Shown here: positions 25,084 through 38,546 of the stretch, in pieces
Numbering within the stretch: position 1 is the stretch's first letter
Layout of the letters: each line of letters starts with the position of its first letter
Assembly: GCA_051294375.1 (NCBI GenBank)
Contig: CM119266.1
Location: 25,379,731 to 25,443,730, forward strand
Direction: 5' to 3'
Origin: Paraspadella gotoi
Lineage: Eukaryota > Animalia > Chaetognatha
DNA length: 64,000 nt
Notes under the pieces: generated by a model
Told to the model about the DNA's origin: nothing
Databases searched by the model: none
The model's input: only the letters and a program-made list of their open reading frames with translations
Made by a program: the position numbers and the translations under genes

Positions 25084-25841
25084 CTGAATGGTGAGCACGC
25101 TGATCTTCTTCGCCACCGATTCCAACGTCTTCGCCCCGATGTTCAACGCCTTTCGAAAGACCGGAAGTTGAGCGTCCACGTCGACGCCGACGACGCCGCG
25201 CGTCACCGCCAGCGTCAGGAAGCAGGCGGCGACGGAGCCGAAGGCCGCCGAGAGCGAGGGCCGGCGCCGGAAGCGAAATGTGACGGCGGCGGCGACGAAT
25301 CTCGCCGGAAGTCCCGTGACGAGAAGGAGAAAGAAATTGAGGCGCCGATCGCCGGCGAGAGTTCCGTAGGAGAAGGTGATCCCGATGTAGACGAGTTGGC
25401 AGAAGGAGAGGAATGAGGAAGAGATGAGGAGGAGGAGGAGAAAGGAGGAATTACGGACGGCCGTGCGGAGCCGATCTCGAGGAGGAGGAGGAGGAGGAGG
25501 AGGAGAGGAGGAAGAGGCGAGAGGAGCGGCGTCGTCGTCTTTCTTAGCCACAGCGCCGGATATTCGGCGCGAGGCGGAAGGCGCCGGAGAGGGGCCCTCG
25601 GACGCGGCGTCAGTCGGCGAGAGGGCCTCGGAAAAAAGCGTCACCGCCTCTGGCGTCACTTCCGGCGTGACGCTCGTCAAGGATCCGTCGCGTAATCTCG
25701 CGTCGGCGAGATCGAGTTCCATGCGGCGCTCGACGGCGCAGGGCGCGCTACGCAGCCACGTGGGGCCGTTGGCGTCGGTGGGCGGCGCTGTGAGGTCGGT
25801 GGGCGGCGCTGTTGAGGTGGGTTTGGCGGAATCGTTTTCGT
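25084..25841 (-). CDS. SLC22-family transporter coding exon 4 (long central loop plus TM7-TM10)
   Basis: tttttcctcag| acceptor, 758 nt, phase 1 to 0, donor CAG|GTTGGT; contains LVYIGITFSYGTLAGDRRLNFFL (the YYG..L.G..YLNF-type segment). Confidence 0.88.
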
Positions 25842-26030
25842 CTGAGGAAAAATAACATCTCTTTAAATTATCGATGATCGCACGTGATAAGAAATGATGA
25901 TTAATGATTTATGATTATCTATGATTAATAATTGTTAATGCGTATCTCAGCAACGCCATTGAATTTTATGCGATCGTTCATAAAGCTTGTTTCGAGCAAA
26001 CCAAAGCTTGTTTCAATCCTTCCAACTCAC

Positions 26031-26377
26031 CGGCAAGCAGCTTCTCCCCTTTCCCGTTTCCCTTCCCGTCTCCTTGGGCGACGCGTTTGAAGAACTCCTC
26101 CTCGTCCAGCCTCTTCCCCCTCGACTCGGCCACGCCCTTCAGCACCCGGAACGCCTCGTCGACTCGACCCTTCTGGATCAGCCAGGCGGGGCTCTCCGGC
26201 ATCAGCAGCACCGCCGGCGCCACCAGCAGCGCGAAGCCGTAGATGAGGCAGCAGAAATGGCGCCAGTTGGGCACCAAGTAGTTGATGAGCGGGAGGCTGC
26301 AGCCGCCGAGGGTCCAAGCGGGATCGGCGTTGATCGGTAGGAATCGATGTTTGGAGGAGAAGATTTCCGTTTTGTAT
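26031..26377 (-). CDS. SLC22-family transporter coding exon 3 (YKTEIFSSKHR...VPNWRHF...MPESPAWLIQKGRVDEA)
   Basis: PESPxWL and xWRx motifs; phase 2 to 1; donor G|GTGAGT. Confidence 0.92.
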
Positions 26378-26752
26378 CTTTAATTTTTGAAGGGGGGGAG
26401 CGGGGGGCGGGGTTGAATTTAACGGCATCTCGAATAATAAAGACCCTGAAAGCACATTCATCCTCATGGCCTCAAGTCCTGTCCTCTGACGGATCTGATG
26501 GACAAAGCAGAGACCGAGAACGGAGAAACATGTTTCTACTAGCCAGGGGTTTGTTGCCCCATTGCTCAACGTCATGTATTGTTGCCACGTTTACCTCGCT
26601 TTTTACGGACTTTGCCTCTCTTGCCTCTCTTGCCTCTACTTCTCTCGCCTCGACTTTCTCCCTCTCTCACTTCTCCCTCTCTCGCCTCTACTTCTCTCAC
26701 TTCTCCCTATCTTTCCTCTCCCTCTCTCTACCCCCGTAACTCTCCAACTCAC

Positions 26753-26958
26753 GACGACATCGTGGACAATCCGGTGAAGCAGACGCCGAGACAGAATCTG
26801 ATTCCGCAGTAGACGAAGAGATTGGGAACCCAGATTGTCTGGAGGCCGACGACGCCGGCGAGGAATCCGGAGACGACGACGACGCGGCGTCGACCGAAGG
26901 CGTCGGAGAGGGCGCCGCAAAAGAGGCATCCGACGAGGCAGCCCACGAAGAAACTCAC
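26753..26958 (-). CDS. SLC22-family transporter coding exon 2 (VSFFVGCLVGCLFCGALSDAFGRRRV...IRFCLG)
   Basis: MFS motif A (GxLSDxFGRR) and TM4 RFxxG; phase 0 to 2; donor GTGAGT. Confidence 0.92.
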
Positions 26959-27107
26959 CTTGAGGGGAAGAGGAAAAGGGGGAAGAGGATTCGGAGAGGG
27001 ATTTGTTTGGGTTTTGGGGGGGGGTTTGTGTGTTAGCATTCCGATCTTGGAAAAATAGGTTTTCAAAATTAAAATATCATTTTTATTAGTATCTTCTTGA
27101 TTTTGAT

Positions 27108-30100
27108 ATGAGTGAAGGGCGAAGACGCAAGGGACAACGGAGTCATCAATGAGCAGCCTGGAATGAAGAGAAGGAGAAAACAAAGCGCCAGAGCGAGAAA
27201 GGCACGACCCCGGCAACATTAATAGGTGAGAATTTGTGGCCAGTTCGTGAAAGAGAAATTCACAGACAAACATGAGGGAAGGAGGACTTGAGCACAGCAC
27301 CAGTTCATTTGGGTTTTCAGAGAGGGAAGCATTTTTTTGTTCGTTTCTGTTAACTTGCCAAAACCAATAAAATTTGAAGACGCATGGGGCATGGGGCGGA
27401 CTTGGTTGGAAAATTCATTTGTAAATTGCCAATTTTTTTGCTCTCATTTAATTCCATTCTGTCGCAGGCATTTTGTTCAACATCTGTTTCTATAATAATT
27501 GTATTTTTATTAGACGGTATCCCAAAAGGGTTACAATCAATCTCTGTTTCTAGCTTCAACAGGTCGTTTTCACTTGTCCTTTTTGTTCGCCTTTCCCCTC
27601 TTTTGATTCCACTTACCCGCGTGCTTAGCTACCGTTGTACTACGATGTGAAATACAGTCTAATACTACTCAACTCGACTCATACTACGCAACAGCCTTCT
27701 AATGGAAGGGTACAGCCTCTCTCGCGTGCTGTCGATCAGTGAAACTCACTCAACCGTGAAAGACTTTGAGCTTTTTACTTTCAAAATTTCTTCTCCTTCA
27801 CATGGCGGCAATTCCTTCACGCCAATGGACATTGGCAATATTGTCCGCTAAACTCGACACTCCATCTCCGTAAGTTCCTACACGTACTCTCCCGCCGATC
27901 TGACTGGCCCATCCATCATGCCTAGCTCGTCATTCTCGGATAATTGCCTGGCTAGCTATTTTTCTCAGATTCCAATTTTTTTCTCTCCAATTTGAAATTT
28001 TCCTTGTCAAACATTATAGGAAGAGTAATGAACATTATTTTTCTTGGACTCATCCCAGCGAAATTGGTAAAAAATTAGTTACTGTGCGAAAAAAAAGCTT
28101 GAATATCATTTTTTTTCTGAAAATCGGACTTTGTTCCTTGCCAGTTGCTGTGTTGTTACTGTATTTTCAAGATTGGTTTCCAATTGTTAAAAACTCATGG
28201 TGCATGAGTCGCTTGCCTTGAAGTTGGTTGCAGCTGCTGAAGCTTGCTCAAACGTGCGCAACATAAAGATCGTGAACGCTTGTTAGAGGCGGAAGGACGC
28301 TCATGCGGCGCCTGTTGACCCGGAATGCTAGTTGCTCTTGCACGGTGCATTGTTGCGTCTACACGTGATTGTCGACCCTTTTACTCCAGTGTTCGGTTTC
28401 CATGTATTTCTGCACAAAGATCCGCATGGCTCTTGGTCGTTTTCCTTCATTGCGCATTTGCTTTGCACAAAGTCCCTTACTTGGACGCAAGAGGACAGGG
28501 ATACTTTGGCCCGTTTTGCTTTTTGTTTTTTTGCTAGGTTTCTGGTGTCCTTGACAGATCGCCTCGTTTTCTTAACGTGGAATTAGCGGACTGTTGCAAG
28601 GGTTGTTAGAATTTTTGCATGGGACGGCGCTGATTGCTTTCGGTGGCCTTTCGTCTGAAGTTGACGTTCTGAGATGACATTCTTCACTCATCCTTTCATC
28701 AGTTTCTTCTTTATTTTTCTCTCTCCTCTGAGTTTCACAGTGTCGGATTTCTCAATCATACGTGCAATCTTTGGTGGGCGGCTCGATTATTACGCTAAAT
28801 TCAAAGCCCTCAGATGGCCTACTCTTTTCATCGTGGACGTGACCGACGGAGTCAGCCTGGAGGGTGTTTGAAGGCCGAGGAGGGCGCAGGAACGGGCGGA
28901 AGTCCGACGTCGTGGCAGGGAGAGGGTCGTAAAGGACAAAAAAGGACGTGCTGGACGCGGCATTGCAGAAAGCAGGGGAGGGGCCGGAGCAGTTAATATG
29001 CTGAGCATGGAGTCTGAAGCCTGTCTTTTACTGGAGACCCTAGATACGGCCATTGAACCGATCTCTATTCTAGACCATTCTTTTTTTATTAACTCTTCGA
29101 AATCAAATTTCCTATTATCATTTCTTTTTTCTTATTCTTTTGCTTTTTTTCAATCGCTACACAAGCAGCGTTCCCTTTCGTTTTTTATCGTTTCGTGGTC
29201 ACGCTCTACCTCGCAGAGTTTTGTTTGCCAAGCCTCCTCAGTTTGTCTAAGAGACGTTGCGTAGGTCTCACCAGACTTGGGTATCTTAATTCCTTGTCAG
29301 ATTTAATTTTGTTTTTTTGAAATCTTTTTTTCCCCGTCGTCTTTAACATTGGGAGGAGACGGAAAAATTGAATAAAACTGTTGCGCAACATTTGGCTGTT
29401 TGATTGCTTAATATTTAGTGTGGGACTTCGGCTCCTTTTTTTTAATCTTCGGTTTAGAAAAAGTGGGTCTTGGTTAATTTTTATTTGTTAATTTCATATA
29501 AGTAACTTTTCTTAGCGTTTTACTTCAATGATTCCTCCTTATCTGCTTTTCTCACTTCTTCCTCTTTGGCCCTTTATAAAAAAAGGAAAATCCATTCATA
29601 TCTTTTCTGCTTTGTTTCTAACTGGGGGTCTCGAATGGGCTCACGCAACCTCAGCCCTTTCTTTCTTCTTGGCAGGCGTTGATTTCGCCAGAGAGATTCG
29701 GCGTTTCTCTGAACCTTTCATTCTTCCTCCTTCTCCTTCCATTTTATTATTAAAATGACTGACAAACCTCAGGAATGCCCGCCCCGTCAATGACATTGTT
29801 ATGAAGATTGTGTCAGTGGAGAGGCGAGATTATTGACAGTTGAGAAACAAGAGACGCCCACAACGAAAAAGCTTCACCTCGGCCATTTCTACAAAAAGAG
29901 ACAGAGGGGACCGACGGGGGAAAGAAAGAAAGGAAAACGAAAGAAAGAAAAGAAAGAAAAGAAAGATAAGACAAGAAAGAAAGACAAGAACAGAAAGAAA
30001 GCGGAGAGAGCATTTTCGCGCGGGGGATGAGTGTGACGCTGAGATGAAGAGAGAGAGATTGAAGGAGGAGAAAGACGGGAGGGAGAGATAGAGAGAGGAG

Positions 30101-32254
30101 TTGGGAGGGCAACAGTCAGGGGGCGAAGGAAATTTCTCCAAGGGGAGAGGCAGCTTAGTCCGATACTTGTTTTTTTCTTCTCTGGTAGCGAAAACCTGAT
30201 CACGTGACTCCCGCGTTGAAGGCTGTGCAGGCTCGGAGAGAAGAGATTTTGACCAGAGAGAGAGAGAGAGAGAGAAGAAGGAAAGATGAGAGTAGAGCAG
30301 AGACAAAACGTTCAAGAAGGCAGGAGGGAGCTGCAAGCCAGAATCACCGGTGACGACAAAGTCCAAGAAGAAAGAGCAAGGGAGCGGTCAACGATCTTTT
30401 TTTTGGGTTTGGAAGTCGAAATGGCGAGAGGAGAGAGAGGGTGCAGCATCGAGTGAGGGGCCGTGAGGGCGCAGGGGCTGGTGGAGGGTCGTCGTTTCGT
30501 CAGAGCATGACATTTCCCTCCCTCGCAGCTGTTTTCTCGCAAGTGACGGAAGGGATGAGAGAGAGAGTGTGCAGCGTAAAAGGAGAGAATGAAGAGGCAG
30601 GCCGGGAAGAAGAGTAACATGAAGAAAATGCGCGAAAAAAAAAAGACGCTAGGATCAGAGGATCGCACTCACGGGTTCAAGGAGGGGAGGGTTTAAGTAA
30701 AGACATGCGCGAGTAAAGTAAAATAAGATGTGCGTTTTAGGAAAATAGATCGAAATGGATCGAAATAGATAGAAATAGATCGGAAAAAAGAGTTAAAAAT
30801 TAGTGTGAAAACAAGGACAGTGTTGAAATGGTGAGTTTCAAAATAATGCAAATCGGAAATACTGAGTCAAATAGTGAAAGCATGAATCATCGAAAATGTT
30901 GAGTTCTAATATTAGTGGAAGCATCTAAGGAATCGAAAAATAGTGAGTCAAAATAGTGAGTGTATAAAATTGAAATTAGTGAGTGAAATAGTAAATCAGT
31001 GAGGAAGGACGATCTAGAAATTAGATAACTGGTGTGGTAGATCATTAACATTTGAAATAGTGAGGTAAATAAAATAGTTACATAAAGTCGAAATAGCAAG
31101 GGCAATTGTGAAAGCCTATGAAAAAGACATTTGACAAACAGGTGATGCGAGGTTTTCAAGAGAGTGAGTTAAAATTAGAGCGAAACAATATACAATTTAT
31201 GAAGAACAGTGAGGCCAAAATACGAAAAAGAACTCGCAAATGGAAGGGAATAAGTCAAACTACGAAATTCAATTGAAACAGAGTGACAGAATAAAAGCTA
31301 AGATGAAAACGCTGAGTGTATAGAGCGATTCAATAAGGTGAAGGACTAGAGAGGAGTATTATTACATTAGATTACATTAACGTCCCGGATTATTTCTGCT
31401 GAAAGGGCAAAATAATTACCGATCCTTACTACCCTGTAACCAGGTACAAGCACTTAAAATGTCCCGGATTACGCTCAAAGTAACAGAATAGATGGGTTAG
31501 TGATCCTTACTGCTTTTTTGTGTGCAGATGGGCGTTGTTTTCTTCGTATTTTCCTTTGGCGTTGGTTGAAGAAGAAACAATTTTTTTTTTTTTAAAACTT
31601 TTTGCGCAATGCAGGGAAAAAAATCTTTTTTTGTGAACATATCAGGTAGCGTTGAGAGTTTGTTTTGGATGGCTTTTTTTTTTCTTAATTCGCGCGCGAG
31701 GAAGATAAGAAAAAAAATTAGGATGAAAAAAATTAAATTAGGGAAAGATGAAAGAAAAAAAAATTAGGCGGTCGGTTGGAGGGTTGACCCGGTTACCAGG
31801 TTAGTCGGTAGAGCAGGAAACTAATCCTGGGAAGTTTAAACCTTGGGGAGAGGCCTGATTGGGCGTCACTTGAAGATGGTATCTAGCTAAAGGTAGGTAC
31901 TATCTCACCAGTCTTCTCATCAGGTAAAAAGACGGATAAGAAGGGGTCAAGGAATATATTTGGTAATACGGTAAAAATGGCTACAACAAAGGGAACAAGG
32001 TACATAAAAGGAGAGAAGGGAGAGCGGAAGGTCGCAGACCCCCGAGACCGAGAGGAGAAGTCGAGACGAGTTCTGTCCGATCTCAAAGACTCTATCCGTG
32101 AAACTCGGCGGCATAAGAGGAGGGGACGACGCAGCGGGAGAAGAAACGGCGTTGAGAGGGGAAGAGAGGCCGGGGGAGGAGAGGAGAGGTTTCTGGCGGC
32201 GTAAGGTGAGGACGTCTATCTTTGCATTTTTATTATTATCTTCTTGGTTTTGAT
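27108..32254. mobile_element. ~5.1-kb insertion in SLC22 intron 1, probably degenerate transposable-element material
   Basis: Absent from the second copy of the locus (junction ~55205-55240); bounded by an imperfect ~30-bp direct repeat catttttatta(g/t)tatcttcttg(a/g)ttttgat at 27078-27107 and 32225-32254; no intact long ORF. Confidence 0.55.
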
Positions 32255-32497
32255 CGTCGTCATAATCATCATCAACATTCATCATCCTCATCATCGTCAT
32301 CATCATCATCGTTTCATCATCATCATCATCATCATCNNNNNNNNNNNNNNNNNNNNNNNNNCGTCGTCATAATCATCAACATCATCATCATCGTCGTCGT
32401 CGTCGTCGTCGTCGTTCGCTTCGTCGTCGTCGTCGTCGATCGATCATCATCATCATCATCATCTCTCATCATCATCATCAATCATCATCATCATCAT

Positions 32498-32550
<53 letters not shown>

Positions 32551-32578
32551 ATGATCATCATCACCCTATTCTTCTCAC

Positions 32579-32912
32579 GTCCGTCATATTGAGAAGATAT
32601 TCCTTTTCCCCCAAAAGTTTCCATTCAAACGCCATCGATTCCATCGAGTCAGGATAATTCAGCGGATAACCGTCTTCGTCGACGCCGGCGCCATCGCTGC
32701 CGTTGACGGCGCCGACCGTCGAGTTTCCTGCGCCGAGACGCCGCCGATCCGGCGTCCACGTGACGAGAGTGTTGCCGAGATAGAGGAAGACGTTGGTGAA
32801 TCCGACGAAGGCGTGGAGGAAGAGATGCGAGCGGGAACCAACCGCAAAGGCCGTAGTCGATGTAGAGGCTGTCCAGGTAGGCGCCGCCGCCGCCGCCGCC
32901 GCCGCCCGCCAT
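32579..32912 (-). CDS. SLC22-family transporter coding exon 1, copy 1 (2 nt short, probably sequence error)
   Basis: gccATGG start; donor GAC|GTGAGA phase 0 matches exon 2; the intact version is at 39749-40084; an upstream acceptor ttttccgcatcag| lies at 32922. Confidence 0.82.
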
Positions 32913-33346
32913 GGCGTATGTCTGATGCGGAAAAAAAGGGGCTGAGGTTGTTGTCGGTCGGAGGAAGACTTAGTCGGTCATTGGCGAACTGAGGTTTTGC
33001 GTTGTTGAATTTATTTCAGTTTTATAATATTTGGTTTTTGGTTTTTCGCTGAGACTGTGTGTGGATAGAAAATGAATCTATTAAATTTTTTAAAAAAATA
33101 TTCTAATTCTTTGATAAATTCAATATATATTTTATTTTTGAGCTTGGATAGTCACGAAATCGATAGCAGGAACTATCAGCAAAATAAATCGACTCCGGTC
33201 GGTGTCCTATAACATTCATTGTATAAACCATTGTTTTGAATTCGGTTGTCGTTTTCCTTCGATGTTTTCGTCGAAACGCGAGAAATAAAAAAAGTTTTCT
33301 GGTCTCCGTGGATTAAATTTTTCCGATTTTGGGTCGAAACTCGATG

Positions 33347-33429
<83 letters not shown>

Positions 33430-33567
33430 GTTTTTTGTATTTTTTTGTTTCGACCACTTGTTATGCTGAATTAGGAATGTGAAACCCTATAAACCCTCTA
33501 CAGTATACACCGAAATCACAAAAACTAGGCAAAGTCAATTCTTTCTCTCTCTCTCTCTCTCTCTCTC

Positions 33568-33639
<72 letters not shown>

Positions 33640-34737
33640 GCGCACGTCAGAATTGGGTTTAACTTCAAAGTTTGCAACATTTAACGCTTTGTCCCCTTGC
33701 AGCTCTCAGTTTGCTCTTGAAACTTGATTAAAATTCAGTTTTTCCCGTTTGTCGTCTTCACATTTGTATATTTTGTACATAAAGCTCTTCGTAATGTTCT
33801 TAGCTTATTTCTTCTTTTATGTTTACCATCTGTAAGTATTTGTAGACATATTTTCGTACGTTTTCCGCCACTTTCGGTCATTCGTTCAGACTTTGTGTTT
33901 CAGCAATTCGTTCTGTAATGTGTTTGTCCTTTCGATTCTCGCACATTCAATTAAATTTGCTCTCCAAATCCGAATTACAGAAACGGCTGAGTCAATTAAA
34001 CGACAAATCGTCTACTAATAAGTGTAGCTTAAATTATACATTATACAATCATACATAAAAATCAAATAATGAAGGCGAGAAGAATAAAAAACTTGAAGTG
34101 AATGGTATGAGAAAGTAAGTGGATTTGAAGGGCTAGTGAAATTTGGTTCTCAAAGCTCCGAGTGAAGTTGAAGTGATTAGTGAAATTAATTGTTAAGTAG
34201 CGGGAAAATATATCGTGAAGTTGAGCGACGTGTGAATCGAGATGGAGGAAATCGTCCTAGACTTGAAATGGCCAATTCGCGTTGGCCATTTCACGAGGAT
34301 GGTATAAATAAAGAACAATAAGTTTTTTTTTATGTGAAAACCCAAAATAATATCAATACATTTTTCATTGCTTGATATATTCGACTGTGAATCAAAAAAA
34401 CCCAAAAGAGAAAACAATAATTTTTATAAAATTAACACTGGCGCTTTTCGTTTTGCAATTTCGGCATACAAGAATTACTCTAATCCAAAAATCGCGCGAC
34501 CCCAATTGACTCTTCGTACGGATCCATTTTTTGTGACCCGATCACCCCGACAGAGGTCACGAGGTCAAATCGTGGTTAATATTCGTTATTCTTTATCGAT
34601 GGTTCCTTGTATATTTAGCTGCTTTTCTTTAATTGAAAAAAAAAAAAATTTCAAGTTGAAAAAAGGACAAAAATCGGAACACCCGGAGAAACGAGAGAGA
34701 GAGATGATGAGAGTGGAGGAGAGAGAAGAGAGAGATA

Positions 34738-34770
<33 letters not shown>

Positions 34771-34837
34771 GAGAGAGAGACGTAGATGGAAGCGAGACGA
34801 GAGAGATGGAGAAGAGAAGAGAAAAGAGAGAAGAGAG

Positions 34838-34872
<35 letters not shown>

Positions 34873-35789
34873 CGCCGCTTTTAACGAACTTTTCACATGA
34901 CGTTTGATCGATCGTGGAAATCTCAACCATTTTGATCGACTCATTCGTGAATATCATTGTATATATATATTGATATTCCAAACACCATTTGTCAACAATT
35001 ACTTCAGACAATGTGCCGGACTGCGCAATGTTCCGCCTCGAAAGGTAACCAACCGAAACTGCCCGAAATTTTCGGCGCAGAAATTGAGAATTTGTTTTCG
35101 TTGGACTTCCCTTCTCTAAAACCATTAACTTTATGCGTTAAACGCCTTTATTGCTGCGTTTCATAACTCAGAAACGGTCTTCCCAAGTGACAAGAGTCAT
35201 AATTATGAAACGTTTTCTCTCTCTCTTCTCTCTCTTCTCTCTCTTCTCTCTCTCTCTCTCTCTCCTCTCTCTCCTCCTACTCTCCTCTCTCCTCTCTCTC
35301 TCTTTCTCTCTCTATCTCTCTCTTTCCGACAATTTCCTCCTCATTTTAAGGCGGCATGAGTAATTTCACCGTACAAATGCTTTTCACAATCTTTTTTTTC
35401 TTTTTCATTCTTTCTTCAAAAAGCAGGAAATAAAAACATATCGGAAAAAAACTTGGCTAATTTTAAAAGACAAAACCTTAGGCTAAAGTCTTGATTTGTT
35501 ATGTTGTTTTTTTTTTTATTATTTTTTTTGTTTCGTTTCGTTTGTGTTTTTCTTCCCACCAGAAAGACTCCAGTTTTTCGATTCGCCGAGAAAAAACTTC
35601 GACGAAAGTTGATCTTTTCGTCGCCTAAAAAAAATGCGAAGTTTCGAGACGATTCGTCGCCTTCGCGTCGTTTCTCGCCTTGTCGTCGCGCTCGTCGCGG
35701 CGAAGGCGGCGACGAACTTGAGCCGACTTTCGCTCCTCGTTACTTTTTTTTTTTTAAACGGGAATTGCTAGGGTTTTATTTATTCTCAC

Positions 35790-36051
35790 GTCGTTTCTGA
35801 CTCATCGTCGTCGTTGATATCGTCCGTCGTTCGTTTTGCGTGCGGTAATGGCGATATAATCGTACGTCGTCGCTGCGTCATGGTCGTCGTGCGGTCGGTC
35901 GTCGCCGTCGCTGAGATGATTTCATCGAGCGACCCGGGATCGAACCTGTGCGTCCGCTTCCGGTTTCCAGGCGGCCCGCCGATGCACCGTTCTCTCGCCG
36001 AGCCGATGACGAACCCTAGCGGCGCCGATTGGCGAACCCCCGTCAGCCCCG
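35790..36051 (-). other. Putative upstream (5' UTR or N-extension) exon of the SLC22 gene
   Basis: GC-rich block ending in a |GTGAGA donor on the minus strand; the ATG exon has its own acceptor, so an upstream exon is expected; reading frame cannot be resolved between copies. Confidence 0.35.
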
Positions 36052-36700
36052 CTGAACGCATTATTGCATCGCCGAGAATAGTATGATGATCAGGCCGATG
36101 TGGATAAGAAAAACCGGTCAGTCGATAAATTAACTTTTACATTTTTGCATTACGTTCTGTAAAGTTCCAAGCTAACCAATTTCGCACTAGTTTAGTCGGA
36201 ATTTTAATTAAAATCGGACGGAAATATTTGGAATTTTTCGAAAACTGACGCCGCGTGTACTTTTTTTTTGCACAAATAAAGAACCCTGAGCGTGAGGCGG
36301 TTTTCGATGCTCGTTTTGAAGACGTTATTCACAGTTACTGATTAATGTGATGTAGTTTCACCAGTTACTGATAATGTGATGATAGTTATATGCGATGATC
36401 CACTCTTAATTTCTCAATTCTTTGAGTTGGTAAAACTAAGAAAAAAACAGGAGAGTGAGAATGCACTTTCTAAACTTTCACTGAGCTGAATATATTCCTA
36501 AATCGTCTTTCGTTTACTCCGTAGTTTTAAAGAGTTGTTATGGAAAACCGGAAAGAGATAAAAATAAAATGCCAACGACGACGACGACGACAATCAACAA
36601 ACATCGAAAACAACAACAACAACAACAACTCGGCGAGACCGCGATAACGCCAACGCCTTAATAAAAGCCTCAGCCGGGGCTGCGGGATGTATTACCTTTG

Positions 36701-36792
<92 letters not shown>

Positions 36793-37115
36793 TCTCTCGC
36801 CCGACGCGAAAGATGAATGTATTTCCCAGACGCCAACAAAAACAATAATAATATTTTATCGGAAAAATGGAATAGAGGAAGTCGAGAGGAAAAAAGTCTG
36901 GACGATGGAAGGTTGCTCTTTTTTTTTTCTTTTTATTGGAGGGGTGTAGAAGGAGGAAAGGGAAATAGAGGCGCGTCGGGCGGACGGGGAAAATTGCCGA
37001 GTCTTTAAAATGGCCCAATTAGCTTTATATGTTTATCGCGCGGCGTTCGCTCGTAGCGCCCTCGGTGCCCGGCGCGTTGGAATTTATTAAAACTAACAAA
37101 AGTAGTTTATCTTCA

Positions 37116-37200
<85 letters not shown>

Positions 37201-37363
37201 AATCTTTCTAATAGATTCTCACTCAATCTTCTGATCATCCAGTTAACAATGATGAATCCAGAAAAATTCACATAATTGATTTCGAGGAAAAGAAAAGGAA
37301 AGAGGAGAAGAGATAGAGAATTGGATATCGAGAGAAAGAGAGAGAAAGAGAGAGGTAAGAATT

Positions 37364-37420
<57 letters not shown>

Positions 37421-37588
37421 AGAGAGAGATAAGAAAGTCAGTCCGTGAATCCATCGCGAACGGACCGACAGATGCTTGGCTTTTTCGACGTTAAAGTTAT
37501 TAATTAACAGCAATTTTTACTTTACTCTTTAGTTTCTTCTATGATTCTTCAATAAGTGAATTATACGAATTGTAATTTTAAATTTTAG

Positions 37589-37676
37589 GCGGAAACCTCA
37601 TCGTCATGTTGTCTTTCCTCATCGATCGCTCAATCGACAACCCACCAACTACTTCATATTTCCCTGTCTATTTCTG
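37589..37676 (+). CDS. mAChR-B: mAChR-B TM1-ICL1-TM2 exon, copy 1 (2 nt missing)
   Basis: ttttag|GC GGA AAC CTC ATC GTC ATG...TCT G|gtagg; intact 90-nt version at 63031-63120. Confidence 0.8.
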
Positions 37677-37689
37677 GTAGGCAACAGAG

Positions 37690-37763
<74 letters not shown>

Positions 37764-37856
37764 TAATTTACCCAATAAATATTTTTTAAAGATTCCTTTT
37801 TTTTAATTTCTTTATTTTCCATATTATCCTGCATCACCCTGTATCTTATTCGACAG

Positions 37857-37965
37857 ACTTTTTGATCGGACTTTTCTCGATGCTTTCTTCACCCTGTATC
37901 TCCTCAACGAATCCTGGCCCCTGGATGGATCCTCTGCGATCTTTGCTTTCTCTCGATTACACTGG
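37857..37965 (+). CDS. mAChR-B: mAChR-B TM2-ECL1-TM3 exon, copy 1 (frameshifting indels)
   Basis: cag|AC TTT TTG ATC GGA...GAT TAC AC..G|gtaag; intact version at 63282-63392. Confidence 0.8.
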
Positions 37966-38546
37966 GTAAGGACTTAGGAGAGAGTTAGGACTCGGGATTC
38001 GAGGTTTGAAACCTCCCTCTCGGGTTAAACCCAAGTGCTCGGAGGCCGGCGATCGTTTTGAATCTCGGTAAGTCGAGGTTAAAAACTTTAAATCCTCACC
38101 GTACAGACATCCGGAGTTTTTTTTCATTTTTTTTTCCTTTTTCTTTTATTTCTAAAAATAAAAAGTTACCATATGAAATTGGTACAACCAGTATAGAATT
38201 ATCCATTCATTTCATAAACAAGCTATCTTGCTGCTGACTTTGGACAGGCTATGGCGGCGACCTCCATCACTATTAAAAGATAATGACATAGCGGGTCCCT
38301 GCAGGCTTTCAATCAAGACTCTCCTCGCAGTCTCATTTATTCCCGCATAGAGTATTGGGTTCCTTATCAATGAAGTGGTATATATTTCAAAGAATGTTTC
38401 AATTGTAAAAAATGACCACTCCCTGTAATTCGAAATATATGTTTTTTTTGTTTTTTAGGAAACTATGATATTTTCCTCTTACGGCTAAAGCTTCCCTCTC
38501 TTCCTCTTCCTCTTCCTCTTCCCCTCTTCTTCCTCTTCCTCCCCAG

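Noticed and set aside
31890-31950. CTGATGA on the minus strand as a hammerhead ribozyme core
   Set aside because: No following stem II plus GAAA and no cleavage-site helix could be built
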